From: an uncultured Bacilli bacterium
GTDB taxonomy: Bacteria; Bacillota_I; Bacilli_A; RF39; UBA660
Reading direction: 5' to 3'
Length of the DNA stretch: 64,000 nt
Assembly: GCA_947631035.1 (NCBI GenBank)
Contig: CANRJW010000001.1
Coordinates: forward strand, 5,254 to 69,253
The translations under genes and the position numbers were made by a program. Shown here in pieces: positions 19,034-30,625 of the stretch (position 1 is the first letter of the stretch; the number at the start of each line of letters is the position of its first letter). The notes under the pieces were generated by a model. That model saw nothing but the letters and a program-made list of their open reading frames with translations. It had not been told where the DNA came from and ran no database searches.

Positions 19034-21141
19034 CTTTTAACCTCTACCATTTCATAAGATTTAATGGTATCTCCTTCTTTAATATCGCTGTAGTTTTCTA
19101 AAGTAATTCCACATTCAAAACCTTTTTTCACTTCTTTTACCGTATCTTTTTCTCTTTGAACACTGGCAATTTTTCCTTCATAAAGAACAATACCATCACG
19201 AATAAGTCTAGCAAGACTACCATTTTTGATAATTCCTTCTGTAACATAAGAGCCAGCGATATTTCCCACTTTCGAGAATTTGAATATTTTACGAATTTCG
19301 GCTTCACCTAGTTCATGTTCTTCGAATTCTGGATCGAGCATTCCTTTCATAGCAAGTTCCATTTCTTCTACCACTTTATAAATAATGGTATAAAGGCGAA
19401 TTTCAACGTTATATTCTTTAGCAATTTCTTTGGTCATTCCACTAGGACTGACATTAAATCCAATAATGATAGCATTGGATGCATTAGCTAGAACAACATC
19501 GCTTTCGGTGATGGTACCAATTCCACTACGAATCACTTTTACTTTGACGCCTTCGACATCAATTTTTTCTAGAGCATTTCGAACGGCTTCTTCGCTTCCT
19601 CTTACATCGGCTTTTAAAACAACATTAATTTCTTTTTGCCCTTCATTAATTTTATTAAATAAATCATCTAAAGATAAAGATTGTGGTCTATTCTTTTTAT
19701 CTCTTTCGGCATTTTTTCTTTTACTAGCAATTGTTTTGGCTTCCGTTTCGGTTTCAAAAGCCATGAAACGATCTCCAGCACTTGGGTTATCGGATAAGCC
19801 AGTAATTTCTACAGGAGTTGAAGGACCAGCACTAACAATGGATTCTCCTAAATCATTTTTCATGGTACGAATTTTACCAAAGCAAGTTCCAACGACAACT
19901 GGGTCTCCTAAACGTAATGTTCCATTTTGAATTAATAGTGAAGCAACACCACCAATATTTTTATCAACTCGACTTTCGATTACGGCTCCTACGGCGTAAC
20001 GATTCGGATTGGCTCTTAAATTACTCATTTCACTAATGGTTTGAATGGTTTCTAATAATAATTCGACTCCTTCACCTGTTTTAGCAGATATATCCACAAA
20101 TGGATACTCTCCACCCCATTCTTCTGGTGTAATACCGGCTTCACTCATTTCTTGACGAATTCTCTCTTTATTAGCATCTGGTTTATCAATTTTATTCACA
20201 GCGACAATGATAGGAACATTTGCGGCTTTCGCATGGTCAATCGCTTCTTTGGTTTGTGGCATAACCCCATCATCTGCAGCGACAATAATGATAACAATAT
20301 CTGTTACACTTGCTCCTCTGGCACGCATTTCTGTAAAAGCGGCATGTCCTGGAGTATCAATAAAGGTAATTTTATTGCCATTGTGTTCTACTTGATAAGC
20401 ACCAATGTGTTGGGTAATACCGCCAAACTCACTTTCCGTCACTTTAGAATGACGAATATAATCCAAAAGGGAAGTTTTTCCATGGTCAACATGACCCATA
20501 ATCGTAACAACCGGTGGTCTTGCTACTAAATCACTTTCATTATCGGTAATTTCATACTCTTCAAAATTGGCAACATCTTGCGTTTCTTCATTTTTAAGAG
20601 TCTTATTATATTCCATAGCAATCAAAGAAGCATTGTCAAAGTCAATAGATTGATTGACATTTACCATTAAGCCAAGCATCATAAGCTTTTTAATAATCTC
20701 GTTGGCACTTTCGTTTAATTCTTCTGCTAAATCCTTAACGGTCATATTTGATTTGTAAAGGATAACATTTTCGTCGACACTATTTGACATTAATTTTTCT
20801 TTATGTTTATACATTTCTTTACGTTTTGTCATGTATTCTTCTTGATTATTATTGAATTGATTTTTCTTTTTTAGCTTTTGCTTTTTTTCACCATCGTTTA
20901 TATTGGCAATAGAACTAGAACCCATTATTTCTTCCACAACTTCATCGATATCGTCATTATCTTCTAAAGTAGCTTCCGTATCGGTGCTAATCAAACTAAT
21001 CGCATTATCAAGAATAATGACATCATCTTCACTTAACTCATCTGTAGCATTTTTTACTTCAATGCCAATTTCTTGGGCTTTTTTAAGAACCTCTGCAACG
21101 GATAAATCAACGCTTTCAGCATATTCTTTTACATTCATCAT
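19030..21141 (-). CDS. infB: Translation initiation factor IF-2
   Basis: G-domain [17 protein letters not shown] and NKIDK motifs; C-terminal beta-barrel domains. Confidence 0.95.
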   Translation of the reverse strand: MMNVKEYAESVDLSVAEVLKKAQEIGIEVKNATDELSEDDVIILDNAISLISTDTEATLEDNDDIDEVVEEIMGSSSIANINDGEKKQKLKKKNQFNNNQEEYMTKRKEMYKHKEKLMSNSVDENVILYKSNMTVKDLAEELNESANEIIKKLMMLGLMVNVNQSIDFDNASLIAMEYNKTLKNEETQDVANFEEYEITDNESDLVARPPVVTIMGHVDHGKTSLLDYIRHSKVTESEFGGITQHIGAYQVEHNGNKITFIDTPGHAAFTEMRARGASVTDIVIIIVAADDGVMPQTKEAIDHAKAANVPIIVAVNKIDKPDANKERIRQEMSEAGITPEEWGGEYPFVDISAKTGEGVELLLETIQTISEMSNLRANPNRYAVGAVIESRVDKNIGGVASLLIQNGTLRLGDPVVVGTCFGKIRTMKNDLGESIVSAGPSTPVEITGLSDNPSAGDRFMAFETETEAKTIASKRKNAERDKKNRPQSLSLDDLFNKINEGQKEINVVLKADVRGSEEAVRNALEKIDVEGVKVKVIRSGIGTITESDVVLANASNAIIIGFNVSPSGMTKEIAKEYNVEIRLYTIIYKVVEEMELAMKGMLDPEFEEHELGEAEIRKIFKFSKVGNIAGSYVTEGIIKNGSLARLIRDGIVLYEGKIASVQREKDTVKEVKKGFECGITLENYSDIKEGDTIKSYEMVEVKR

Positions 21142-21416
21142 TTTACTTCACCATCCTTTTCTACAATTTTTATCATTTCTTCATAGATAGTTTCTGGAAC
21201 ATCCATCTCTAAAATTCTATCTATTATTTTATTTTGTTTGGCTTTTTTTATGACTTCAACCTCTTTTTTAACATAGGCACCTTTGCCATTCGCCTTGCCT
21301 GTTAAGTCAAGTTCAATTTGTTTATCTGGTGTTCGAACGACTCGAATCAAGTCTTTCTTTTCCAAGCGTTCTTTTGTTACCACACACATTCTTAAAGGTA
21401 TTTTTCTTTGTTTCAT
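21138..21416 (-). CDS. ylxR: YlxR/RnpM (DUF448) family RNA-binding protein
   Basis: 92 aa; RMCVVTKERLEKKDLIRVVRTPD...GKGAYV pattern between nusA and infB. Confidence 0.8.
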   Translation of the reverse strand: MKQRKIPLRMCVVTKERLEKKDLIRVVRTPDKQIELDLTGKANGKGAYVKKEVEVIKKAKQNKIIDRILEMDVPETIYEEMIKIVEKDGEVK

Positions 21417-21434
21417 TTGGATACCCCCCTTACT

Positions 21435-22553
21435 TTATTCGGCCTTATTTCCCTCTTCGTTAATTTGAGCAAGCGTTTTTACATCAATTTTATATTTCGT
21501 AAGACGACTGGCAAGTTTAACATTGCTTCCTTTTTTACCAATGGCTAAACTTAAATTTTCGTCATTTACAATTGCTAAGGCTTCTTTATTTTTCTCATCG
21601 GTAATGTTTACAATAACATCTTTTGCTGGACTCAAAGCATTTTTAATAAATTCTTGAGGATCTTCGCTATATAAGACTAAATCAATACGTTCGCCATTTA
21701 ATTCTTTTAAAATACTTCCAATACGACTACCACGTTCTCCGATACATGCTCCAATTGGATCTACTTTATCAATCGTGGAATAAACGGCAACTTTACTACG
21801 AATTCCTGCTTCACGAACCACGGCATATAATTCGATTGTTCCATCGGCAAGTTCGGGAATTTCCGCTTCAAATAAACGTTTAACAAAACCATAATGTTTA
21901 CGAGAAAGTAAAATAAGTGGTCCTTTGGTTGTTGCTTCTACTTTTGTAATATAAACCTTTATACTAGAGCCCATTTTAACAACTTCTTCGGGTATCATTT
22001 CACTTTTTGGTAATATTCCTCTGGTTCTTCCCAAATCAACATAATAATTTTTTGCATCTTCCATGGCAAGCATTCCCACCATCATTTCGCCTTCTTTGCC
22101 TTCGAATTCTGACATGATACTATTTCTTTCAGCTTCACGAATTTTTTGGTTGATTACTTGCTTTGCTGTTGATGTTGCAACACGGCCAAAATCTTTAGGA
22201 GTCACTTCACGCTCGATGGTTTCTCCAACCTTTATACCTGGAACAAGTTCCTGTGCATCCTCTAAAAGAATTTGGGCATCTTCATTAATAGCAGGTGGAA
22301 TTCTCACAATGTTTCCTTCTTCGTCGGTTGTTTCTGTTCCTTCATCGTAATCGTCGACAACGACATAATAAGAAATAACTTTAATGTCCCCTGTATTTGG
22401 ATTAATATCTACTCTAACGTTGGTTTTGGAATCAAAATTCTTTTTATACGCTGTAGTTAAAGCAAGTTCCATAGCTTCTAATACAACTTCACGGCTTATA
22501 TTTTTTTCTTCAACTATATGGTCTAACGCCTTTAAAAATTCTTTTGCATTCAT
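21435..22553 (-). CDS. nusA: Transcription termination/antitermination factor NusA
   Basis: 372 aa; S1 and two KH domains (GACIGERGSRIGSILKEL..; AIGKKGSNVKLASRLT). Confidence 0.95.
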   Translation of the reverse strand: MNAKEFLKALDHIVEEKNISREVVLEAMELALTTAYKKNFDSKTNVRVDINPNTGDIKVISYYVVVDDYDEGTETTDEEGNIVRIPPAINEDAQILLEDAQELVPGIKVGETIEREVTPKDFGRVATSTAKQVINQKIREAERNSIMSEFEGKEGEMMVGMLAMEDAKNYYVDLGRTRGILPKSEMIPEEVVKMGSSIKVYITKVEATTKGPLILLSRKHYGFVKRLFEAEIPELADGTIELYAVVREAGIRSKVAVYSTIDKVDPIGACIGERGSRIGSILKELNGERIDLVLYSEDPQEFIKNALSPAKDVIVNITDEKNKEALAIVNDENLSLAIGKKGSNVKLASRLTKYKIDVKTLAQINEEGNKAE

Positions 22554-22819
22554 TATTCTTCATTCCCTCTTTCTTTACTTAATACATCTAGAATGTATTC
22601 TTCGTCAATCAAATCCAATTTATCAAGAATCGGATTAATGATATTGGTTGCCATAACAATGGTATCTAAATCAATTCCATTTACTTTATCCAGTACAATA
22701 CGTAAAAAATTGTATTTTCCTTCATGTTCAAATGTTATGCTATCCACAATAATTTCTTTTTCCTTTAGTGTACTTTCTAAAGCTTCTTTTATTTTTTCTA
22801 ATTTAACTTCCATGTTCAC
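22553..22819 (-). CDS. rimP: Short RimP-like ribosome maturation factor (N-domain only)
   Basis: 88 aa; ...EGKYNFLRIVLDKVNGIDLDTI... resembles the RimP N-domain; precedes nusA with ATGA overlap. Confidence 0.6.
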   Translation of the reverse strand: MNMEVKLEKIKEALESTLKEKEIIVDSITFEHEGKYNFLRIVLDKVNGIDLDTIVMATNIINPILDKLDLIDEEYILDVLSKERGNEE

Positions 22820-22977
22820 CTCACCATTTCAATAATAAAAGTGGGAGTTATGCCCACTTAAATCTGTTAGTTGTATTTTAACAAAAGATAATTAAAAAAG
22901 GAAGTCTTTTTTTGCATTTTTGTTAAAAATAAGTTTATTTACATATTATATATAGGAAAGATATTAAAAAGAAGCAT

Positions 22978-23005
22978 TTGACTTCACAAGATTTTTGTGT
23001 ATAAT
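22978..23005 (+). promoter_or_regulatory. SigA-type promoter of rpsD (TTGACT-16-TGtTATAAT, extended -10), ~150-nt leader
   Basis: ttgacttcacaagatttttgtgtataat read directly upstream of rpsD. Confidence 0.5.
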
Positions 23006-23163
23006 TAATAAGTGCAATGAGTTAGGCAGAAGAAAGGAAAAAAGTAACGTGTTTATAAAGTTTCAAAGTATCAAAGCTGCCTTTTTGAGAAATGATTGAT
23101 ATAAACTCCCTATTTTTTAAATTTCATAACTTGTAGCAAAAATAAATAGAAAGGAGAAAATAC

Positions 23164-23766
23164 ATGGCAAGATATACAGGTCCTGCTTATAAAAAAGCAA
23201 GAAGACTTAATTTTTCATTACTTGAAAATGGTCGTGAAATGGCACGTCGTCCTTATGCTCCTGGTATGCATGGAGTTGATCGTCGTAAAAAAGTAAGTGA
23301 ATACGGAGTCCAATTACAAGAAAAACAAAAAGTACGTTTGATGTATGGTTTAACGGAAAAACAATTTAGAAAAACGTTTGAACATGCTTCTCGTATGAAA
23401 GGTGTTGCTGGTGAAAACTTACTTCGTTTATTAGAAAGTCGTTTAGATAATATTGTTTATCGTATGGGACTTGCTAGAACAAGACGTGGAGCAAGACAAA
23501 TTGTCAATCATGGTCATATCTTAGTCAATGGTAAAAAGGTAAACATTCCTTCTTATCAAGTAAAACCTGGAGATACAGTTAGTGTTAAAGAGCAATCTTT
23601 AGACCATAAAGCAATGAAAGAATCTCTAGAAGCAAATGTAAAAAGCCCTGCTTACGTGACATTTGATGCTAAGAAAATGTCTGGTACTTATGTAAGATAT
23701 CCAGATCGTAGTGAACTTAATAGTGAAATCGACGAAAGTCTTATTGTTGAATTCTATAACAGATAA
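23164..23766 (+). CDS. rpsD: 30S ribosomal protein S4
   Basis: [19 protein letters not shown]...; 200 aa; AAAGGAGA RBS. Confidence 0.95.
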   Translation: MARYTGPAYKKARRLNFSLLENGREMARRPYAPGMHGVDRRKKVSEYGVQLQEKQKVRLMYGLTEKQFRKTFEHASRMKGVAGENLLRLLESRLDNIVYRMGLARTRRGARQIVNHGHILVNGKKVNIPSYQVKPGDTVSVKEQSLDHKAMKESLEANVKSPAYVTFDAKKMSGTYVRYPDRSELNSEIDESLIVEFYNR

Positions 23767-23797
23767 AAAAAGCGTTCAGTTAATTGAACGTTTTTTA
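23765..23797. terminator. Bidirectional rho-independent terminator between rpsD (+) and the convergent membrane-protein gene (-)
   Basis: cgttcag-ttaat-tgaacg hairpin flanked by an A-run upstream and a T-run downstream. Confidence 0.6.
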
Positions 23798-24331
23798 ATT
23801 GCTATTATTGTTTGAAGAAGTTGATTCGCTTTTTTGTTCATTTGGCAAATTCGTTTGTTGCAGAATTTGTGGATTCGACAATTGAGTAGAATTATTCTTT
23901 TTTAACTTTATATATTTTATTATGGCGTAAATGAGTAAACCAACAATTGCTATATTATAAAACGTTTGTACAATTGACCTTAAACCTTCAGGTAAAATAG
24001 TGTGAACCGTTCTAACACCATTTATCGTTATTGAAAAAGTAGTAGTTAGAAAAACAACTCCAACTAAAATCCAACCCACAATTTTATTAAATGTTAACTT
24101 TCCTAATAGATAAATATTACATACAGGAATCCAAGCTAACGCTGTACCCTTCCCTGTAGTTAACTTATTCAATTTATTTAAAAATATAGCCAACGCAATA
24201 TGAGTAATAATACAAATAAGGAACAACAGAATTAACATTATAACAGAAATTACTATTAATCCAGAAAACGCCCCAAAAACAAATTTTCCTAATATTTCAA
24301 AACCCTTTATATCCATATCCATATCTATCAC
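23795..24331 (-). CDS. Polytopic membrane protein of unknown function (4 predicted TM helices, Ser/Asn-rich C-tail); own transcription unit downstream of essC
   Basis: Hydrophobicity pattern only. Confidence 0.35.
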   Translation of the reverse strand: MIDMDMDIKGFEILGKFVFGAFSGLIVISVIMLILLFLICIITHIALAIFLNKLNKLTTGKGTALAWIPVCNIYLLGKLTFNKIVGWILVGVVFLTTTFSITINGVRTVHTILPEGLRSIVQTFYNIAIVGLLIYAIIKYIKLKKNNSTQLSNPQILQQTNLPNEQKSESTSSNNNSN

Positions 24332-24415
24332 CTATTAGTTTAAGTATATCATGGTTGAATAAATCATTTACATTCTTTTGCACTTTATTGTCATTTAATA
24401 TACACAATCTTCCAT

Positions 24416-24449
24416 TGAAAAAGTTATGACCTAAACATAACTTTTTTTA
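24416..24449. terminator. Rho-independent terminator immediately after essC (aagttatg-acctaaa-cataactt plus T-run; an A-run precedes it, so bidirectional)
   Basis: Read directly. Confidence 0.5.
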
Positions 24450-24451
24450 AT

Positions 24452-27400
24452 CTAAACATTTGTGTCTTTTGCTTCAAAGTCAGTAAGTAATTTCACTTTA
24501 TAGAGTTTGGCATTATTAATGACATAACCATAATCATTTGGTAATTCTTCTCGATCATCTCTTGTAATTTTAGAAATTTTAAATAACGTTTGATCAGCAA
24601 TTCCACTACCAATCCATATTCCTTTGGTTAAATCAGCACCAACTTTAAACCATTCTTCATAAGTAAATGGTTTAATAACATCTGGATTATCAACAATAAC
24701 AAAAGATACTAAACCGATTTGGGCATCTTTTTTGATACACTCTCCAAACCTTTTTTTAATTTCCTCACTCAATTTATTCATAAAAGCATAGAATCCGTAA
24801 ATAAAGCAATACATTTTCTTTTGATTTTGAATGGATTCTAACTCCATATGATTTTGTTCATAAATGGTATAAACTTGGTCAATATAATCAAGGATTTTGG
24901 TAAGATTTTCTTCGATATTTTTAGTAATCAAATTCGTTGTTAAATTTTCATTTGTTAAGGCATGCTCCGAAGCATTAAAGAAATAAAGATTAGCGTACTT
25001 TTCATAACAAATTTGATTTATAAAAGCATTCAGAACTGCATCGACATTTTCTATGTCATAAGATGCAATAAAGTGAACAGCATTTTTAGAGAAGTTATAT
25101 TTTTCAATAGCAAGTGTATCTTTATTAACACCAACTGCAATAGAAAAATCATGAGTTAAAGCACTTTCAATGCTTGCAAAATTAACTGTCTCTGGTAATA
25201 CTGGAATTTTTTTCGCGCGATATTGAGAAGCTTTATTAAATTTTGTACAAATTTCTCTTATATATTCACTAGTATTTTCTTCTTTAATACTTGCTGTTTG
25301 AAATTCATAAATCTTATCTCTTTTGAATAGTCCTCTTCCTTTTATTTTAGCAGGTATCTTACCATGAACATTACCAAGAATACTTGAATAATCATAGTCG
25401 TTGTTTTGTTGTAGAGCATAAATCAAATTAAAGTTTTGCTTTAAACGCATACGAACACTGCTATCGCTCGTTGCTGTAAGAACAAAACAGATTCCATAAC
25501 GAGTAGCTTCTCTTGTAATTGTTGTTAACTCTTCATTCAAATCTTCAAAGTTTTCCAGAAAAGCTTCATAATTGTTCATTACAACGACAATATTTGGAAG
25601 AATCTTACCACTAGAACGTAAATAACTAATATAATTTCCACCAAAACTAGCAAATAATTTCTTACGAGATTGTAATTCTTCTTGAATCATTTTAAATAGA
25701 TTCATTATTTTATCCGTATCACTTAAGTATGCAATATCTCCAACATGTGGACAAGCTTCAAAATTTCGTAATGTCTCTGAACCAAAATCTAATAAATAGA
25801 AATTTAATTCTGCTACGGAATAAGTTGTCATTCCCGAGTAAATAAAGCTTTCCAAAAATTCTTCTTTACCACTATCAGCAATACCATAGATTAAAGCATT
25901 CCCATCTTCAAATAAAGGCATGGTAAGTAAATATTGATTTTGGCTATCTGGGTCATCATATTCTCCAATAATAGGATTTAATATATAATTTTGACGTTTA
26001 AAGTTATATTTGCTTTTTAAATTATCGATATAAATTTTGGCTGGTATTTTTTCTAACCATAATTTTTTAATTTGAATTTTTTCCGTTCTAGCAAGATCGC
26101 TTAAATATTTTACAATGTTAGAAAGTTCCTCACCATTGGCATTCACCACAATTTCTTTTTTGCTGTCTTTACTCATAGTGGTAATGCCAATATTATTAAT
26201 CATACTAACCGAAGTATCCACATCTTTTTTAAACATTTGACTTGGTATATATCTAGCTCCAGCCCAAGCTGATTGTCCTAAAGTAAAGACCTCGTCATAG
26301 CCCACTTGCAAATAAAATCTTCCGGTTTTCTTTAAATAAGCCGCATCGGGTTTTTTTAGGACTTCTTGAGAGTCTCCTGTATCTTGGACTTTTAAGCAAA
26401 TACGAAAACGGGTATTTGACCAAATTTGTTGGTCGACCACACCACCCGGTTTTTGCGTAGCTAGTATTAAATGGACTCCTAAACTACGACCCACACGGGC
26501 AACAGAAATTAATTTATCCATAAATTCCGGTTGTTGTTCTTTTAATTCAGCAAACTCATCACTAATAATGAAGAGATGGGCAATTTGTTCTTTTCCTGGT
26601 AAACGTCCTTCACGCCACAACTTTTGGTATTTATAAATATCAATTGTACTTTCATTGGTCATAACTCTTGCTTCATTAAATTCTCTTTGACGTCTTTTAA
26701 TTTCACTTTCGATAGAAGCAAGAGAACGCGTTAATTCACTTCCATCTAAATTGGTCATAATTCCCGCCAAATGGGGAAGTGTATAAGAATCATTTTGAAA
26801 AGCTAGAGCAAGTCCTCCACCTTTATAGTCAATTAAAATCACTTGCACTTCGTAAGGGCTATAATTCACTGCTAAAGAAAGCACATAAGTAATAATAAAT
26901 TCTGATTTTCCACTACCAGTAGTTCCGGCAATTAAACCATGAGGTCCATGATATTTTTCATGTAAATCCAAACTAATGACTTCTCCACCTTTACCTATTC
27001 CCACAGGAGTTTGTAAAGAAAGCATTGGATTACTTTTTTTCCATCGTTCTAATGAATTTAATTGTTCAACTTTCCCCACTTGATACATTTCTAAGAAATG
27101 ATAGACATCCGGTAGACTACTTTCTGTTTCACTTTTTATCTCGACTTTAATATTAGCAAGTTCTTTACTGCAATTATAAAGTTCGTCTAGAGAAGATAAA
27201 TCCATTTTAAAACTTTGGGCTTGTTCATTTAAAACACTTTTAAAAATAGCACATTCGTCTTGATTTACATGAATAAAGTTTTTACATTCATTAGGACAAG
27301 CAGAAACCCTGTCAACAAGCATAATAATACTAAATCCGTAGTTTTCAGAACTACCTAAAATATTTTTAATTAAATCATAATTATCAATAGATTTAATCGC

Positions 27401-29050
27401 ATCTGTAACAAGAACATAATGAGGAACATGTCTTTCTTTTTCCTTACTTTCACGTCTTTCATGGTAAATTTTATCTAATTGATAAATCATTTCTCTATAT
27501 TCGTCATTGGTAGAACCAAAAAAACGAAAAGTATGATCATTTGACCAACTATGAGGTAAGGTTTTTACATACTCCCATAAGGATTCATTTTCTGAAGAAG
27601 TAAAGGTAACAATTTTTACTTCATCATAACTATAATTACTCATGATTTGTAATAAAATTCGGTCAGCTAATTCTTTTGTTAAAGACGGACTTCCGACAAT
27701 TCCCGTTGCTTTATTCTCATAAAAAGAATACGTAATAGGAACATCTCTTAAAATTCGTTTCGTCTCCCCTAGTTCATGCACTAAATCAAGTAAATTATCT
27801 TCCGTTAGAGAAAAATGTTCTTCAGGGTATTGTACTTCAATCTCCATGGGAATATTGCCAAGTCCTACAGGAAGGTCTAAAAAATCTTCGTCGCCGATTC
27901 TTCTTTGCCACAAACGCACGTTATGAGCTCTTATAATATCAAGACATTCTGAAACACTTAAATTATTGGAAACCAATGAACTTTTTTGTTTATTCATTTC
28001 TATTTCAATTTCTTTTTCTTTTTTGTCTAAGTATTTTTTATAAAGTTTTTGACGTTTCTTCTCCCATCTTTTATCGGAAAATTTTTGATAAACTTTCGTA
28101 AGTGTTGGCCAAAGTAGAGAACTGGCAAGCATAACAATACACATAGCAATAGAGGTTGCAGAGTCACTTACTGTTCTTTCTCCTTTGTTAATGGCACTCA
28201 TTGTACTCATAAGCATCACAACGCTCATCATGGACATCGTAAGCATCGGTCCAACAGTTAAAATTGCTGGCGTTTGATTTTCCTCTTTTTTAGAAGGTGG
28301 TGCATCAATTTTTAAAACAAATTTATTGGTTCTTTCATAAAATCTCGGGGTACGATAAAAATAATCTTCGCCATAATAATCTTCGGTTAATTCTTCATAC
28401 TCTTCATTAAAATTAGAAATTTCTCCGGTACAAGTTGCATATAAAGCGGAAGGAGCCACAAGTCCACCCGGATTGTTTACCAAGAAATAATCAGCACCCT
28501 CCTTGCGCATTAAAATGAGTTTTAACCCAAAAACAAAAATAATATCCCCATACTCAATTTTTTTAATATGACGAACACGCTTTTGATTGACATAAACAAA
28601 ACTATTTTCATCAACTAATTTTAACATATAAGATTTCTCTTGTTTTTCAATAGTAAATAGGGTATTACTTAGACCTGCTAATTGATAATTAATTTTATTG
28701 TTATCCCCATTTCCCACTGAAACACTAGTATCTTTTAACATATTAAATTCTCTAAAAGATTCATCATAGAGTGGTGCACAATAAAGAAAATATTTTTCTT
28801 GTTTATAATTGTTTTTAATAGAAAAGAATTTCCATTCTTCCAATTTTACATAGGGAACCATTACTTCTTGATTATCGATAATAAAGGCTTCACGATTACT
28901 ATAGAGTATCCATCCTTCTTCTGTTGCATCAATATTCATTAAATTGATTTTACGGCCATTTTCAAAGTCACTAATCCAATAACTTCCTCTTCTGTTTTTG
29001 GGAAGTGTAAACACAATCAATTTGTTTTCTTTTATAAGAGTTATTTGCAT
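24452..29050 (-). CDS. essC: Type VII secretion system (T7SSb) FtsK/SpoIIIE-family ATPase EssC/YukB-like
   Basis: 1532 aa; N-terminal FHA-like region, two TM helices (~aa 255-310), three P-loop ATPase modules (GLIAGTTGSGKSEF.., LIYGIADSGKEEF.., third degenerate); the block TPVGIGKGGEVISLDLHEKYHGPHGLIAGTTGSGKSEFIITYVLSLAV is near-identical to YukB/EssC. Confidence 0.9.
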   Translation of the reverse strand: MQITLIKENKLIVFTLPKNRRGSYWISDFENGRKINLMNIDATEEGWILYSNREAFIIDNQEVMVPYVKLEEWKFFSIKNNYKQEKYFLYCAPLYDESFREFNMLKDTSVSVGNGDNNKINYQLAGLSNTLFTIEKQEKSYMLKLVDENSFVYVNQKRVRHIKKIEYGDIIFVFGLKLILMRKEGADYFLVNNPGGLVAPSALYATCTGEISNFNEEYEELTEDYYGEDYFYRTPRFYERTNKFVLKIDAPPSKKEENQTPAILTVGPMLTMSMMSVVMLMSTMSAINKGERTVSDSATSIAMCIVMLASSLLWPTLTKVYQKFSDKRWEKKRQKLYKKYLDKKEKEIEIEMNKQKSSLVSNNLSVSECLDIIRAHNVRLWQRRIGDEDFLDLPVGLGNIPMEIEVQYPEEHFSLTEDNLLDLVHELGETKRILRDVPITYSFYENKATGIVGSPSLTKELADRILLQIMSNYSYDEVKIVTFTSSENESLWEYVKTLPHSWSNDHTFRFFGSTNDEYREMIYQLDKIYHERRESKEKERHVPHYVLVTDAIKSIDNYDLIKNILGSSENYGFSIIMLVDRVSACPNECKNFIHVNQDECAIFKSVLNEQAQSFKMDLSSLDELYNCSKELANIKVEIKSETESSLPDVYHFLEMYQVGKVEQLNSLERWKKSNPMLSLQTPVGIGKGGEVISLDLHEKYHGPHGLIAGTTGSGKSEFIITYVLSLAVNYSPYEVQVILIDYKGGGLALAFQNDSYTLPHLAGIMTNLDGSELTRSLASIESEIKRRQREFNEARVMTNESTIDIYKYQKLWREGRLPGKEQIAHLFIISDEFAELKEQQPEFMDKLISVARVGRSLGVHLILATQKPGGVVDQQIWSNTRFRICLKVQDTGDSQEVLKKPDAAYLKKTGRFYLQVGYDEVFTLGQSAWAGARYIPSQMFKKDVDTSVSMINNIGITTMSKDSKKEIVVNANGEELSNIVKYLSDLARTEKIQIKKLWLEKIPAKIYIDNLKSKYNFKRQNYILNPIIGEYDDPDSQNQYLLTMPLFEDGNALIYGIADSGKEEFLESFIYSGMTTYSVAELNFYLLDFGSETLRNFEACPHVGDIAYLSDTDKIMNLFKMIQEELQSRKKLFASFGGNYISYLRSSGKILPNIVVVMNNYEAFLENFEDLNEELTTITREATRYGICFVLTATSDSSVRMRLKQNFNLIYALQQNNDYDYSSILGNVHGKIPAKIKGRGLFKRDKIYEFQTASIKEENTSEYIREICTKFNKASQYRAKKIPVLPETVNFASIESALTHDFSIAVGVNKDTLAIEKYNFSKNAVHFIASYDIENVDAVLNAFINQICYEKYANLYFFNASEHALTNENLTTNLITKNIEENLTKILDYIDQVYTIYEQNHMELESIQNQKKMYCFIYGFYAFMNKLSEEIKKRFGECIKKDAQIGLVSFVIVDNPDVIKPFTYEEWFKVGADLTKGIWIGSGIADQTLFKISKITRDDREELPNDYGYVINNAKLYKVKLLTDFEAKDTNV

Positions 29051-29064
29051 ATTACTACCCCTTT

Positions 29065-29319
29065 TTAATATAAAATTAATTTTGAGCCATTTCTAATCTT
29101 ACTTTCTTTTACATATTCTTCTTCACTTATTTTTTCTCCAGTTTCTTGGTCATATAAGGAAGAAGAATGAGTATCAATAAAAATATGGTCACTTTCTTCC
29201 TCAATAATTTGGGCAATTAAATTTTTAATTGTTCCAACTTTTTTCGTTGTTGGAATATAAAGGTCAAAACTTTTTTCTAACATAGGAACTGTGACAACAA
29301 CGTATAATTTACTATTCAT
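29065..29319 (-). CDS. esaB: YukD/EsaB-like ubiquitin-fold T7SS protein
   Basis: 84 aa; YVVVTVPM..KSFDLYIP..KKVGTIKNLIAQ...RNGSKLILY parallels YukD (IDITIDLK..FDLRL..VKKVIDIA...NGDRLEIL); 15 nt upstream of essC. Confidence 0.6.
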   Translation of the reverse strand: MNSKLYVVVTVPMLEKSFDLYIPTTKKVGTIKNLIAQIIEEESDHIFIDTHSSSLYDQETGEKISEEEYVKESKIRNGSKLILY

Positions 29320-29555
29320 TATGCCCTCCTAAAAAAACAAAGGAGCAAGACAACAACAAGTATGAAGACAAGCACACCGATTCCACAAAAAACAGCAAAA
29401 CGAATATTCTTTTTTTTGTTTTCTACTGTTGGTTCTATCTCTACTGTTTTATCAATTCCTGGAACATAAGAATGAGCAAGACTTAGTTTTGCTTTACAAT
29501 TGATACAAATTTGGTCCCCAGGATGGGTCTCATAACCACATTTTTCACACTTCAT
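29319..29555 (-). CDS. Small zinc-ribbon (CxxC...CxxC) single-pass membrane protein, T7SS-associated
   Basis: MKCEKCGYETHPGDQICINCKA plus C-terminal TM FAVFCGIGVLVFILVVVLLLCFF; stop overlaps the esaB start. Confidence 0.4.
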   Translation of the reverse strand: MKCEKCGYETHPGDQICINCKAKLSLAHSYVPGIDKTVEIEPTVENKKKNIRFAVFCGIGVLVFILVVVLLLCFFRRA

Positions 29556-29894
29556 GTTATCACCCTTTATTATGTATTTATTGTATCATAAGGGAAAAAG
29601 AAAGAAAAGAAAAACCAAATGAATTCACTTGATTTTTCCTATTTTTCTAAAAGAAAATTTATTCTATTTTATTTACTTCATTTAGAAACTCCATCACTTT
29701 TTAAATATTCTATAAATAGTTCACTTAAAGTAGTTTTATCACATCTTCTAATACCCATTGACCACTTTAATTAAAACCTTATATATTCATGTATTTCTAT
29801 ATAAATATTCCTCCATAAAAATTATAGAATATTTTATTTTTACAAAAATGAATTTGTAAATTTTTGGGCTCTTAAAACTAACCTTTTTTACAAC

Positions 29895-30620
29895 TTAAAC
29901 ATATGAATCAAGTAATTTTTTTAAATCATTTTTCATTTCAGTAATTGTTGAATATCTTATTCCTTCTTTTGAAGATGTTGCCTTTAAAATAATAAAATTG
30001 GCAAACCAAGGCGCATTAGAACTCTTAAAAGAATATTCCTTTTTTAATTGTAATAATTTATTTGTATCAACATCTCCAAAATTTAATTCAGAATATAACT
30101 CATATAACATAACTCCTAAAGCATATATATCAAAATAAACAGAAACTTTATTCAATTTCAACTGCTCTAAAGAACAATATTTTTTAGTACCATATGAAAC
30201 ATACTCACCAATTTTTCGAGTATTAGCATAATCTATTAAATACAATTTTCCATCATTGCGAATCATAATGTTACTAGGATTTAAATCACAATGTACAAAA
30301 CCATCTTTATGCAAAAATTCTAAAATTTTTGCAACCGAATATAGAATTTCAATATTTTTTTTTAAAGAAATACTATTTTTAATTTTATTATAAGATAACC
30401 CATTTATATATTGATAAACAATATATTTTTTATCAATATCATATTTATATATTTTAGGTAAAAAAGAATATTTTTTTATAATAGAATATACTTTAATTTC
30501 ATTTTTCAATTGTGAAATATCCTTTTCTTTTTTTAAAACCTTTATAAAATAATCGTGATTCGTTTCATTTATATGATAAAAAATACCATTTTGATTTTCT
30601 AATTTTTTTAAAATTTCCAC
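29895..30620 (-). CDS. Minimal protein-kinase-like protein (Ser/Thr-kinase fold without a canonical glycine loop); GTG start
   Basis: HCDLNPSNIM (HRDLKPxN catalytic loop), DYA (DFG-like), GTKKYCSLEQ (APE-like), DIYALGVMLYEL (DxWSxG). Confidence 0.55.
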   Translation of the reverse strand: MEILKKLENQNGIFYHINETNHDYFIKVLKKEKDISQLKNEIKVYSIIKKYSFLPKIYKYDIDKKYIVYQYINGLSYNKIKNSISLKKNIEILYSVAKILEFLHKDGFVHCDLNPSNIMIRNDGKLYLIDYANTRKIGEYVSYGTKKYCSLEQLKLNKVSVYFDIYALGVMLYELYSELNFGDVDTNKLLQLKKEYSFKSSNAPWFANFIILKATSSKEGIRYSTITEMKNDLKKLLDSYV

Positions 30621-30625
30621 TTAAC

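Noticed and set aside
24452-29050. Interpreting the 1532-aa FtsK/SpoIIIE protein as a chromosome-partitioning DNA translocase
   Set aside because: It has an N-terminal FHA-like region, only two TM helices, three tandem ATPase modules, near-identity to YukB/EssC blocks, and an adjacent YukD-like gene plus WXG100 genes. This is T7SS EssC architecture, not FtsK/SpoIIIE.
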